Shown here: positions 46,114 to 55,795 of the stretch, piece after piece
How the letters are laid out: the number at the start of each line of letters is the position of its first letter
Position numbering within the stretch: position 1 is the stretch's first letter
Made by a program: the position numbers and the translations under genes
NCBI GenBank assembly: GCA_951812955.1
Contig: OX638340.1
Coordinates: forward strand, 960,001-1,024,000
Source of the DNA: an uncultured Gemmatimonadota bacterium
GTDB lineage: Bacteria; JAAXHH01
DNA: 64,000 nt
Reading direction: 5' to 3'
The notes under the pieces: generated by a model
The model's database searches: none
The model's input: only the letters and a program-made list of their open reading frames with translations
Told to the model about the DNA's origin: nothing

Positions 46114-48150
46114 CTACGGCCGATGATTCGGATTCAGCAGGTGAACGATTTGCACGGCCTGAAACAGCGCCGCCGGTTCAATCTGGGGCCTGAGGGACCG
46201 GCGCCTCGGGAACAGCGTGGTTTCTCCCATCATGGGCGGCGCCACGACGACCTCGACGAGTCCGGGGTTTATCTTGATGTTTCGCCTCGGACACTTGGGC
46301 CAGATGGAATGTATCCCCCGGAAAGCCATGGGAATGAGCACGACGTCGGGCGGGATCTTGCTGAACAGGCCGTGTTGCAGGGGGATGGACTGGATGTCGA
46401 AAGCCGCCGTCGTACCCGCGGCATAGATGATGCCCGGTCGTTTTTCCAGCAGTCCGGCGAAACGCTGGGTCGCGTTGTTGGTATCCCCCGCGCGGGGCAG
46501 GACCACGTAGCCGTCGATTTCTTCGAGCAGTCGGTCGAATTCAGCGGCGTTCACGCCGAACAGCGTCGTGCTCCATGACCCCAGGCGCAGCGTTACGTAC
46601 TCGGTCAGGCCCGACCTAGACAGGATGGTGCAGGGACGCGAGTCCTCCCAGCCGAGGGCGTCCAGCAGGACGCGGGATTGTAGCACTTTGTACATGACCG
46701 GATGATCGAAGACGCTCTGGTGGGTGGGAAAGAAAAGGACTTTGTAACGACCCTCGTGCAACTTGAGCACACGGGCCAGTTCGCCGACCATCGGATCGAC
46801 GTGCACCTTGACCGTGATCCCGAAGATCTTCAGCGTCTTCTCGGACCAGGCCAGGCTGTTCTGCCACGCCGCCTCGAGTTTTTCCTCCTCATCCAGCCCC
46901 TCCTCTTCGATCTCGAGTTTGGTGCGGACATACCGCCAGGATGCCCCGATCCACCGGACCAGCCTCGTGGCGCGCTGAATCGGAGAATACCTGGCGTTCC
47001 TTCCCACATGGGGATACTCCAGGAAATGGCCCGTGGCGCTTCGGTCCAGCAGCTGCGGCACCTCCATGGGCTCCAGCATGGAGGAGAGTTCGTCGGGGAT
47101 TTTCGCCTCATCCTCTCCGTTCTTCATGTGCTGGTTGATCCTGTGGATGACCAGGTTACATTTCTCCATGAGGCCGTTGGACAGGTCTATCATGTCCCGC
47201 GTCAGGCTCGTATAGTGGTGACCGTACCAGTACCCCGTCGGCTTGAGTTGCGCGGGATTCTCCTGGTGCGCCTGGAAGAACTCCACCATCATGGCCTGAC
47301 CGAGCAGGATATCCTCCTGTATGCCGTCGATCTTGCGCTGGAGGTACTTGCTCGGTACGTGCCGGCGGCAGAACTCGGCCAGCAGTTCGGCGTCGCTGAT
47401 GATCTTCCACACCGCGCAACCGAACCAGGCGAAGTTGGTATACGTATTGAAGCGAACGGCGAGCAGTTCTCCGGCGGCCAGATATTCGAGCGTATTCTGG
47501 GCCGTGTTGTGAAATATCTCCCTCAGCGTTGAGCGGGTTTCCTTGCCCTTGAGCGTGCATTCGTACGTCGCCTGCCAGAGGGGGTCGTCCTCCGGAACGA
47601 TGTCCTTGAGTTTCTCGGCGACGGGCTGGGCGTGGGCCAGGGGCACGCGGGACAGCCTGGCCCCGGCCAGGGCGGCCTCGCCTTCGTCCGGAGTAAAAAC
47701 GTTACTCGCCCTGAGTTCCTCGACATAGATGGTCTGGTAAAGTTCGAGAAACTGGGCTGTCGCTCCCTGTCCCGTCCGCAGGAACTGTTCCCTTATGCGG
47801 GCGTAGAGCTGCACGGCCTGGTAGTAATCGGGGGCGACCCGCCTGAACTGGTCGTAGGCTTCGCCCATCCGCTGGTCCCGAAGCCGGGGAACCCCCTCGT
47901 AAATCGCCCCGATCAGCTTCGCGCGGTAACCCAGGCCTTCCAGTCCAATGGGCCCTTCCGGCGACCGGGAGGGCGGCCACTTCAGGAGATTGGGATCGAC
48001 CCCTTCGAAGTACCCTTCCGAATTCGCCAGGTCCAGTACGCCTTGCGCCGACTGGTCGTACACAGTGAGCAGGACATCCACGTTTCGGATCAGCGTCTGG
48101 TGGTCGAACCAGATCGAGGACGTATCGATTTTGTCTGACGGTATGCTCAT
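46114..48150 (-). CDS. Acyltransferase of the GPAT/PlsB-like (LPLAT) superfamily with a large N-terminal domain
   Basis: HxxxxD motif in FFPTHQSVFDHPVMY (PlsB-like block I) and a block-IV-like VVLIPMAFRG. The motif-III position reads AAGTT rather than EGTR. 678 aa. Confidence 0.45.
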   Translation of the reverse strand: MSIPSDKIDTSSIWFDHQTLIRNVDVLLTVYDQSAQGVLDLANSEGYFEGVDPNLLKWPPSRSPEGPIGLEGLGYRAKLIGAIYEGVPRLRDQRMGEAYDQFRRVAPDYYQAVQLYARIREQFLRTGQGATAQFLELYQTIYVEELRASNVFTPDEGEAALAGARLSRVPLAHAQPVAEKLKDIVPEDDPLWQATYECTLKGKETRSTLREIFHNTAQNTLEYLAAGELLAVRFNTYTNFAWFGCAVWKIISDAELLAEFCRRHVPSKYLQRKIDGIQEDILLGQAMMVEFFQAHQENPAQLKPTGYWYGHHYTSLTRDMIDLSNGLMEKCNLVIHRINQHMKNGEDEAKIPDELSSMLEPMEVPQLLDRSATGHFLEYPHVGRNARYSPIQRATRLVRWIGASWRYVRTKLEIEEEGLDEEEKLEAAWQNSLAWSEKTLKIFGITVKVHVDPMVGELARVLKLHEGRYKVLFFPTHQSVFDHPVMYKVLQSRVLLDALGWEDSRPCTILSRSGLTEYVTLRLGSWSTTLFGVNAAEFDRLLEEIDGYVVLPRAGDTNNATQRFAGLLEKRPGIIYAAGTTAAFDIQSIPLQHGLFSKIPPDVVLIPMAFRGIHSIWPKCPRRNIKINPGLVEVVVAPPMMGETTLFPRRRSLRPQIEPAALFQAVQIVHLLNPNHRP

Positions 48151-48211
48151 TTTCAGGCTCTTCAGGGTCCCGGCCGCGAAGCATCGACACCGGTCCGGCA
48201 GGATCGGTGGA

Positions 48212-49675
48212 TCAGTCCCGCCCGGAATCCAGCGGATACAGTTTCCTGCCCAGCCGATGGTAGGTCAAAGTACCCATGTCATGTACGCCCGGCTCAGTGA
48301 CCACGTGAATTGCGCCCGCCCACGGTTCGAATCCGGCTCTGAAGTGGGCGGAGGACTTGACGCCGATGTAGCGCATTTCCCGGGGATCCAGGCCCAGGGA
48401 TTCGGAAAAAGCCGTGTCGAAAGGCTGCTCGCGATCGTTCACGAGGATGACGTGGACGCCTTCCTGCCGAATGTGGGCGGATGGGCCCATCGTACCTTCC
48501 AGGCCCGCGAGCATGGGGCCGTGGTATCGGAACCTGCCGTCGGACAGAGCCAGAACTTCTGCCGTCATGGTTACTGGTTCGCCCTGCAACGGCGATGACT
48601 TTCCCCCGACGTCCAGCGTGATCGTGGCGCCTACCCCGGCGTCCATGCATTGTTCCACGGCCTCCGGATCAACGATGTACAGGACGCACGCATCCTCGAG
48701 ACCGGCCTGGATGAACGTCCGCAGCATGGCGGTGCCGTCGCCCGGAGAACCGCCTCCGGTGTTGTCATTCCGATCCGCCAGGACGACGGGAAACAGGCCT
48801 TCTGCATGGACGCGGTCCAGGGTTTCCTTTGTAGACGGCATATGGTAATGCCAGTCGGCGCGCCGGTCGTAGAGGTATCCACCCAGTTCGTCTGCATAAC
48901 GCTGTGCCAAATCCTGGTCGTTGTCCGTCACGATGTACACCGACGCGCCCATGTGGGGTATGTCGGCGAGCGGGAAACAGGTGGCGATCGATCCGCAGAC
49001 TACACCGGGCCGCGATTCGATTTCATGGAGGTAGTCGATCGCCTCCTTCATCGGGGCATGGGCCGTAACCTGGTTCATACCCCAGGTCATGGGTATCCGG
49101 TGCAGGGCCATGGTGGGCCGGAGTCCCTCGCGCAGGATCCGGACGAGCACGTCCGCGCATTCCCGTCCCCGTGGCGCCATGTCCACCTCCGGGTAGGACT
49201 CCCGGCCGATCAACACGTCGGCCTTTTCGATCATCAGCGGGGTCATGTTGGAGTGAATGTCCAGCTGGCCGACGATGGGCAGATCCCCCACGAGGTCCCG
49301 CACGGCGGAGAGGATGTATCCTTCGCCATCGTCGATTCCCTCGGCCACCATGGCGCCGTGCAGTTCGAGCAATACACCGTCGAAAGACTGCGCGTCCCTG
49401 AAACCGTCCAGCATCTCGTCGATGATTTCATCGAAGAGCGCACGGGGCGTGGGGCCGCTCGGATGGGGTTCTGCCACGATCGTGGGGATCAACTCGAATC
49501 CGTGTACTTCGGCGCCTTCGATGAATCCGCCCGTGGGTTTGTTCGTGCCTCGGAACGCCGTGAGGATTTCGCTTCCGCGCAGGCCGCCGTACCGTTCCCG
49601 GTAATTCATCCGGGTGGTTTCCACGGTCGTGAACGTGCTGGTCTCGTGTGCTATGATTCCGGTTACTACGCGCAT
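48212..49675 (-). CDS. M81 family metallopeptidase (MlrC-like), second paralog
   Basis: MRVVTGIIAHETSTF N-terminus, HGAMVAEG, and C-terminal MlrC region. Paralog of 19722..21161. Confidence 0.7.
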   Translation of the reverse strand: MRVVTGIIAHETSTFTTVETTRMNYRERYGGLRGSEILTAFRGTNKPTGGFIEGAEVHGFELIPTIVAEPHPSGPTPRALFDEIIDEMLDGFRDAQSFDGVLLELHGAMVAEGIDDGEGYILSAVRDLVGDLPIVGQLDIHSNMTPLMIEKADVLIGRESYPEVDMAPRGRECADVLVRILREGLRPTMALHRIPMTWGMNQVTAHAPMKEAIDYLHEIESRPGVVCGSIATCFPLADIPHMGASVYIVTDNDQDLAQRYADELGGYLYDRRADWHYHMPSTKETLDRVHAEGLFPVVLADRNDNTGGGSPGDGTAMLRTFIQAGLEDACVLYIVDPEAVEQCMDAGVGATITLDVGGKSSPLQGEPVTMTAEVLALSDGRFRYHGPMLAGLEGTMGPSAHIRQEGVHVILVNDREQPFDTAFSESLGLDPREMRYIGVKSSAHFRAGFEPWAGAIHVVTEPGVHDMGTLTYHRLGRKLYPLDSGRD

Positions 49676-49691
49676 ATTCGTGTGTTCCGTT

Positions 49692-50060
49692 TCAGGCCCG
49701 GTAAATGCCGTAGACGAGTAGAATCCAACCGATGACGAACGCCACGCCGCCCAGTGGGGTCACCGCACCGAGCCACCGGACGCCCGCGAGGCTCAGCACG
49801 TAAAGGCTGCCTGAAAACAGCACCGTGCCCGCGATGAACGCCCAACCCGCCGACGAGGGTATCGCATCAGGCCAGCGCGAAACCGCCCAGGCCGTGAAGA
49901 GCAGGCCGAAGGCGTGATACATCTGGTACCGCACGGCGGTCTCGAAGATCTCCAGCATTTCGGGAGACACCCGGTCTCGCAGCCCGTGGGCGCCAAAGGC
50001 TCCCGCGATCACGCCCAGGAGCGCCGAGACGCCTCCGGTTATCGCGAATAGTTTATCCAT
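49692..50060 (-). CDS. DUF423 family small membrane protein
   Basis: 4-TM, GAFGAHG motif. Start taken at MDKLFAITGG (50060). Confidence 0.6.
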   Translation of the reverse strand: MDKLFAITGGVSALLGVIAGAFGAHGLRDRVSPEMLEIFETAVRYQMYHAFGLLFTAWAVSRWPDAIPSSAGWAFIAGTVLFSGSLYVLSLAGVRWLGAVTPLGGVAFVIGWILLVYGIYRA

Positions 50061-50114
50061 GGATGTTCTGCCTTGCGGCAACTTCCAATCCGGTGCGGCG
50101 ATTGACAAGATTCC

Positions 50115-50969
50115 CTACCAGATCGGCGCCAGCCAGCCGCCGTCCACGGGCAGGGCCGTGCCGGTGATCCATTCGGCATCGTCCGACGCGAAAAACACGC
50201 AGGCCCGGCCGATATCCTTCGGCAGCCCCAGCCTGGGAAGGGGCGTCTTTTCGAGCGCTTCGTCGACTTGCGCCTGGGTCAGGTAATCCTGGATGGGCGT
50301 TTCGATATAGCCAGGACAAATTGTATTGGCCGTTACGCCGTGGGACGCCAGCTCCACCGCGGTATCCCGGGTGAGATTCACGACCCCGGCCTTGGCCGGC
50401 GCGTACGCCGGTCCGCCTCCGCCGTGAAAGGCGTGCACGGAAGCGATGTTGATTATCCTCCCCGCGCGGGATTCCTTCAGGTGGGGCACGGCGGCGCGCG
50501 TGGTCAGGAACAGGGCCCGCAGGTTGATGCCCATGATGCGGTCCCAGGTGTCTACAGGGGTCGTCTGGCTGTCCCCTGGTTCGAAAATACCCGCGTTGTT
50601 GACCAAAATGTCCAGGCCGCCGAAGGTCTCCAGCGTCCGCCCTACCAGGCGGCCGACCGCCGCTTCGTCCGACACGTCGGTCTGTACGAAGTGCGCCTCT
50701 GAGCCCATCGCGCGCAATGCTTCCACGGTAGGCGTCGTCACGTCCTGATCGTGGTACTTGCCCGGCCTGGGCCTTTCGACGAGGTCGCAGACTACGACGC
50801 GGGCCCCCTCCCTGGCCAGTTCGATGGATATACCCCGACCTATACCGGAACTGCCGCCCGTGACGATAGCGACCCGATTTTCGAGTATCAAGTTTTCCTC
50901 TGGGGTTGCCTGGGATGCGATTGGAAATGGTCCTGGATTGATTATATACAGATCGCAAAAAAGGGGCAA
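50115..50969 (-). CDS. SDR family oxidoreductase
   Basis: TGGSSGIGRG cofactor motif, NNAG, and the S-YxxxK catalytic region. The N-terminal 25 aa are uncertain; a TTG start nearer the Rossmann motif is possible. Confidence 0.8.
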   Translation of the reverse strand: MPLFCDLYIINPGPFPIASQATPEENLILENRVAIVTGGSSGIGRGISIELAREGARVVVCDLVERPRPGKYHDQDVTTPTVEALRAMGSEAHFVQTDVSDEAAVGRLVGRTLETFGGLDILVNNAGIFEPGDSQTTPVDTWDRIMGINLRALFLTTRAAVPHLKESRAGRIINIASVHAFHGGGGPAYAPAKAGVVNLTRDTAVELASHGVTANTICPGYIETPIQDYLTQAQVDEALEKTPLPRLGLPKDIGRACVFFASDDAEWITGTALPVDGGWLAPIW

Positions 50970-51077
50970 GGCAAGTGTTTAAGTCGCGTGGCCAGAAATG
51001 GATTGCCTTTTTGAGAACCGGCCTTAGATATATACATTTCACGCCTGTCCAGTCCCATACCAACGAAGGAGGTTCCC

Positions 51078-52337
51078 ATGAAGATCACGCACGCCGAACG
51101 AACCGCACTCAACGTGCCCTTTTACGCGCCACACGTCGATCACGCCATGGCCCGGGCCAACACCCATAACGAGCGCGTGTGGGTATACCGGCTGGAGACC
51201 GACAACGGCCTGGTCAGCATCACCGACGGGCACGGCGCTTCGGATACCGCCGGACTGATCGGCAAGGATCCGTGGACCATCATGTGGGACGACGATATCG
51301 GGTTCGGACCGCAGATCGCCGCCTTCGACCTGTGCGGAAAAGACGCGGGCGTCCCCGTTCACGCCCTGCTGGGCAACAAGCTGAGGGACCGCTGTCCCCT
51401 TTCGTGGTGGGACATCGACATGGCGCCCGAAGACTGGGTCAAGGAGGCGGAAGAGTCCCTCAGACGCGGCTACACATCCTTCAAGATGAAGGCCCGGCCC
51501 TGGCGCGACATCATCGCCCAGATCGACGCGGTGAGCAAGGTCGTCCCAGCCGATTACCGGTTCGACGTGGATTTCAACGGGTTTCTCCTCACCCAGGCGA
51601 AAGCGGAACAGATCCTGTCGCAACTCGACCAGCGAGTCAACGTGGGGATGTACGAAAGCCCCTTCTACCTGAGGAAAGATCTCAAGGGTGCGCAGATGCT
51701 CCGCGAACGAATCCAGAAGCCCATCGTCGAACACTTCGGCGACGACGTGTGGCAGGCGGAGGTCAGCGACGGATTCGTGATCGGCGGCGGCGCCTCGGGG
51801 ACCATACGGCAGGGGACCATGGCGGCCGCGTTGAACAAGCCCTTCTGGCTTCAGATGGTAGGCGCCGGGATGACCACGACTTTTGCCGCCCATATCGGAT
51901 CGGTGCTGTCGCACGCCCAACTGCCCTACATCACCTGCAATGAACTATGGAAAACCGACCTGTTGACCGAACGGATCGAGGTGGTGGACGGGTACATGGC
52001 GGTACCCGACAAGCCCGGCCTGGGGGTGGAGGTCGACGAGAAGGCCATCGAGACCTACGCCGTCGATGACGACGAGCCCACGGCGGTCCAGCTGTACCGG
52101 AGCAGGAAGCGCATCCTCCGCGTGGTCTGGCCCGGCTTGGCCGGAAAACAGCGTGTCTGGGAGTTTACCGACGAGAGCATCTACCAGCCGGAATTCTACA
52201 AAGGGAACCTGCCGGGATTTGAATCGGGGGTGCATCTCGAGGTGATCGAAGACGACCAAAGCGCCGCCTTCGAGAAGAGACATTCGGAACTGGCCAGGCG
52301 GGAGGCCTCGGTAGCGCGGGCGCCCAAGGGAATCTAG
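51078..52337 (+). CDS. Enolase-superfamily enzyme (mandelate racemase/muconate lactonizing enzyme family)
   Basis: Capping domain followed by the TIM barrel with metal ligands (FKMKA...DVDFNG...). GAAGGAGG RBS. Confidence 0.75.
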   Translation: MKITHAERTALNVPFYAPHVDHAMARANTHNERVWVYRLETDNGLVSITDGHGASDTAGLIGKDPWTIMWDDDIGFGPQIAAFDLCGKDAGVPVHALLGNKLRDRCPLSWWDIDMAPEDWVKEAEESLRRGYTSFKMKARPWRDIIAQIDAVSKVVPADYRFDVDFNGFLLTQAKAEQILSQLDQRVNVGMYESPFYLRKDLKGAQMLRERIQKPIVEHFGDDVWQAEVSDGFVIGGGASGTIRQGTMAAALNKPFWLQMVGAGMTTTFAAHIGSVLSHAQLPYITCNELWKTDLLTERIEVVDGYMAVPDKPGLGVEVDEKAIETYAVDDDEPTAVQLYRSRKRILRVVWPGLAGKQRVWEFTDESIYQPEFYKGNLPGFESGVHLEVIEDDQSAAFEKRHSELARREASVARAPKGI

Positions 52338-52344
52338 GTGCTAT

Positions 52345-52505
52345 CTGCTACCGGGAAGTGCGGGAACTCAACCGGCGGCCGCGGCTCGACCGGGAGATGC
52401 GGGATACCGGACGGCCGCGGCGTTTCCGGGAAGCGCGGGGTTCCGGCCGGCCGCGGCGTATCCGGGGGTTAGCGCGGGATACCGGACGGTTGCGGCGTAT
52501 CCGTT
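52345..52505. repeat. ~4 x 36-bp imperfect tandem repeat (TCCGGGAAGCGCGGG..CCGG.CGGCCGCGGCGT.) between convergent genes
   Basis: Read directly. The only ORF through it is a repeat-derived R-rich artifact. Confidence 0.8.
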
Positions 52506-52512
52506 CCCGGAT

Positions 52513-53790
52513 TCACCTGGACCGGGGCCGTCTGAAGGTTTCGGGGATAACCCGCTGCACCCCCTCGATCACTTGCTCTTCCACTTCATCCGTGAAGCGG
52601 TTGGGCAATCCGAAGTATACCGTGGCGTCACCGCCTTCGTACCCACCCTCCTTCCATATCCTTCGGGACGGTATGTAGCCGGGGAAGTCATTCGCGTAAG
52701 CGCCGATCCAGATCTTCGCCGGATTGTACATACGTCGCAGCCTGGCGGCATAGTCCGCGACCACCTCCCCGGCCAGGAAGACGATGGAGAGTTCATCACC
52801 GAATGACCAGCCCTGGACCGGGTAACTGAGTGCCGCGGGGACTTCCACGCCTCGGTCCATCCGCGCGATCCACTGCCGGGCATGATAGCCCGCCGCACCC
52901 TCTTCCTCCGCCGTGGCCAGCCAGTCCTCGCGTGAAGGCAAGGAGTCATATGGCAGCGAGGCGTGGACCAGGCGGCATCTGATCCCGTCGGGAAGGGGCC
53001 GGGCGGGTATCCCCAGCAGCCGATCCACTTCTAACGCGATATCCTCTCCGTGACGGCGGGAATGTGATAAGCCCGTGCGCGGAAAGGGATTCGCATTACC
53101 GGCGCACCCGATGGTGACCAGGGCGACGGCGCCCGGGTGCCTTCGACTGATACGCTCAGCCGCGAATCCCGCCCAGTCGCCGCACATGAAGTTGTCCGCG
53201 GGACCGAATGTCGTACAGTGACAGGCATAGCTGACCCAGACCGCGCGCAGGCCGCCGTCCGGATCATCGACCCGTAACATGGGCATCACGTGATCCACGG
53301 GTCCAATCTGCGCGCGTCGATTCACCGCGAACCCGACGTGTCCCTCGCCGTAGGTCAACCTGGCCGGCCTACGTTCCGACAACGCACGCAGCCCGGCTTC
53401 CACCAGGCGTTCCTTCACATCAGCTGTATAGCGGTCGATTTGCCGCTGGTGCTCGGCCGGGATATCCGTACCGAACAGCATGGGGGCAGCGCCGGACAGC
53501 ATGGGTGCGTTGTGGGTGTGTGTGTAGCACAGAACGATGCGTTCCCGGTCAACCCCCGCCTGCCTGCCCAGTTCCCTCGCGACGGACTCCGTCATGGATT
53601 CGGTCACGCCGCAATTCTCCAGGACCAGCAGCAGAACCGGCCGCTCCGCGCCGATGGCCAGTGCACGGGCATACAGCGTCGACTTGATCTTCGCCGTTTC
53701 ATTCCGCCGCGCGCCGTAACCGCTCAACCGCACCGGGTAATCAGGGGTTACATCGACTTCAGATACGCCGGCTGAAACCAACTCGCTCAT
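52513..53790 (-). CDS. Neutral/alkaline ceramidase N-terminal-domain family protein
   Basis: N-terminal VDVTPDYPVRLSGYGARR...STLYARALAI pattern as in bacterial ceramidase-domain proteins. 425 aa. Confidence 0.5.
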   Translation of the reverse strand: MSELVSAGVSEVDVTPDYPVRLSGYGARRNETAKIKSTLYARALAIGAERPVLLLVLENCGVTESMTESVARELGRQAGVDRERIVLCYTHTHNAPMLSGAAPMLFGTDIPAEHQRQIDRYTADVKERLVEAGLRALSERRPARLTYGEGHVGFAVNRRAQIGPVDHVMPMLRVDDPDGGLRAVWVSYACHCTTFGPADNFMCGDWAGFAAERISRRHPGAVALVTIGCAGNANPFPRTGLSHSRRHGEDIALEVDRLLGIPARPLPDGIRCRLVHASLPYDSLPSREDWLATAEEEGAAGYHARQWIARMDRGVEVPAALSYPVQGWSFGDELSIVFLAGEVVADYAARLRRMYNPAKIWIGAYANDFPGYIPSRRIWKEGGYEGGDATVYFGLPNRFTDEVEEQVIEGVQRVIPETFRRPRSR

Positions 53791-53835
53791 CCACCCTCCC
53801 GTATTTACTTAGTAGACGCGAACACGACGCATACA

Positions 53836-55692
53836 TCAATACCACTCCGTCCTGTGGGGCGTTCCGGGGAAAAACACCGCGTCGACCACCAGCGAAAGGG
53901 CGACGCCCATGAGAAACCCGACGATCACTCCCGTGAAGAACGGCTGCGCGGCACGATACATCCGCACGCCGCCGATACGAATCAAGACAATCTGCAGCAG
54001 CCACGCGAGGAAAATCGGCAGAAACGCGTTCCTCACCACGCCGCCCACGTCGCCGATGGCCATGCCGACCGGATGTAAGGGCCACCAGGTGAAAAAGACC
54101 CGGCCCGCGATGACCAGGCCGTTGATCAGCATGCCTGACAGCAGGAACAGGGTTTCAAGGGCCCCGATCTGAGATGCATTCGTCGCCCAGACGATGGTGC
54201 GTCCGAAGAAGAACGTGCCCAGGCCGCCGGGCTGGGTATACAGGTTGTTGGCGCCTGCCATATGGGCTGAATGGACCAGGGATACGACCGACAGGACGGC
54301 GCTTACGCCTATCGCCAGGCATATACAGCCGATCAGGCCACGACCCCGGTCTTCCATGCTGGTCTTCAACCAAGCGATGTGGGAGAATCCGACCATCGTG
54401 AATGTCCGCCAGTTCCGCGCGAACCCGTTAGCCATGCCCAGCACGTTGATGTCCCGCATGGAAAGGGACGCCGTTCCGATCATCCCGACCGTGAAGTAAT
54501 TGGGTTTTACGGTGAGTTCCGCCATGACAAGTCCTGATTCGGCGACCACCCTGGCCAGCACCAGGTAGAAAGTGAACATGACGACGAGAAACAGCACACC
54601 CACGGGTATGGAGAGTCCGGCGCTGTAAAGCCACAGAACGGCGAAAACCGATCCACCGGCCAGTCCGGCCAGCGCCCACCGGTAGGAGAACAGTTCCCGC
54701 GCTTCGTCCTCGTCCCGGACGGGCCGCCATGCCGCGCGCCACACCGTAGCCAGGTGCCGCCTCGCGGTCCAGACCAGCCAGGCCGCAAAGACGACCACGC
54801 CGCCCATGAATTGCATGCCGGTCAATCCGCCCTGGACCACGCTGCCGCTCGTCGAGAACATGCCCAGCCGGCTCAGCAGTCCCTGCTCCAGCACGCCGAA
54901 CAGCTGGAAAAACCAGAGGCTGAAGAGGATCTCCGCGGGCGCGAAGAAGGCGAAGGAAAGCGCGTAGAGATTCAAGTACAGCGGGATTCCGGGGAAGTAG
55001 GGTGCGATTTCAAGGGTGACCAGCGCCCCCGGATGAACGGGCAGCATGGGCAGGGCGCCCCAGTAGGCCGCACAGTTCCAGGCCATGGCGGAAAAAGCCA
55101 GCAGGAGCCCCGCCAGGAAGAGGCGGTTTCGCGGGAATCCTGGTCGATCCCGGTTCTGATCCCCGCCGGATTCCCCGATGAGCCGCAGGGCCGCTTCCGC
55201 CATGGGGAATCTCAGGCGTTCGTACTCCATCCACTGCCTGCGGAAGATCACCACGATACAGGCGCCGATCAGCAGAAGTGCGGCGAAGAGGCACAGCCAC
55301 CAGAAGACGGGGGTCAGCCAGACCGACCAGGGGATCTGCTGTCCCGGCTGAATCCCTTCGTAGAACCTCCGCGCCGATTCATAGTCGCTCAGGTAGACCC
55401 AGTGAGGCAGATGGGGCAGGATGAGTTCATCCCACCGGTTCTCCGGCGAGGCGAAGTAGGCAGGCGCCGCAATGGCGGAGACCATGTACCGGGAGACGCC
55501 AAGGTCGGGCATCATGGACGCCGCCCAGCCCATGGCGAAAACCGTGAGGAGTTCGGTGCGGGTCAACGCCCGTCCCGGGCAGCAGGCCCGGCAGATGAGG
55601 TTGGGAAGCAGTACGAGTGCGAGAAACGGAAGCAGAAAGCCGGAGGGCAGGTGGGCGAACAGCATGAAGTCGTATCCGCCGCGATCGGCCAT
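53836..55692 (-). CDS. Large polytopic membrane protein of unknown function (>=12 TM)
   Basis: 618 aa, highly hydrophobic, W/F-rich. No family assignable from sequence alone. Confidence 0.55.
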   Translation of the reverse strand: MADRGGYDFMLFAHLPSGFLLPFLALVLLPNLICRACCPGRALTRTELLTVFAMGWAASMMPDLGVSRYMVSAIAAPAYFASPENRWDELILPHLPHWVYLSDYESARRFYEGIQPGQQIPWSVWLTPVFWWLCLFAALLLIGACIVVIFRRQWMEYERLRFPMAEAALRLIGESGGDQNRDRPGFPRNRLFLAGLLLAFSAMAWNCAAYWGALPMLPVHPGALVTLEIAPYFPGIPLYLNLYALSFAFFAPAEILFSLWFFQLFGVLEQGLLSRLGMFSTSGSVVQGGLTGMQFMGGVVVFAAWLVWTARRHLATVWRAAWRPVRDEDEARELFSYRWALAGLAGGSVFAVLWLYSAGLSIPVGVLFLVVMFTFYLVLARVVAESGLVMAELTVKPNYFTVGMIGTASLSMRDINVLGMANGFARNWRTFTMVGFSHIAWLKTSMEDRGRGLIGCICLAIGVSAVLSVVSLVHSAHMAGANNLYTQPGGLGTFFFGRTIVWATNASQIGALETLFLLSGMLINGLVIAGRVFFTWWPLHPVGMAIGDVGGVVRNAFLPIFLAWLLQIVLIRIGGVRMYRAAQPFFTGVIVGFLMGVALSLVVDAVFFPGTPHRTEWY

Positions 55693-55795
55693 GTACTGCG
55701 TGCCGAACCCGATTACACCCGACAGGAAGAGGCCGATGCTGGCCGCCCTGAGCGTAACGGTCTGGCGGTCCCGGCCGGCCGGGAAATCACTGACC

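Noticed and set aside
50053-51063. 336-aa same-strand ORF overlapping the SDR gene in another frame
   Set aside because: The translation is an arginine/glycine-rich string with no domain, whereas the overlapping frame carries intact SDR motifs.
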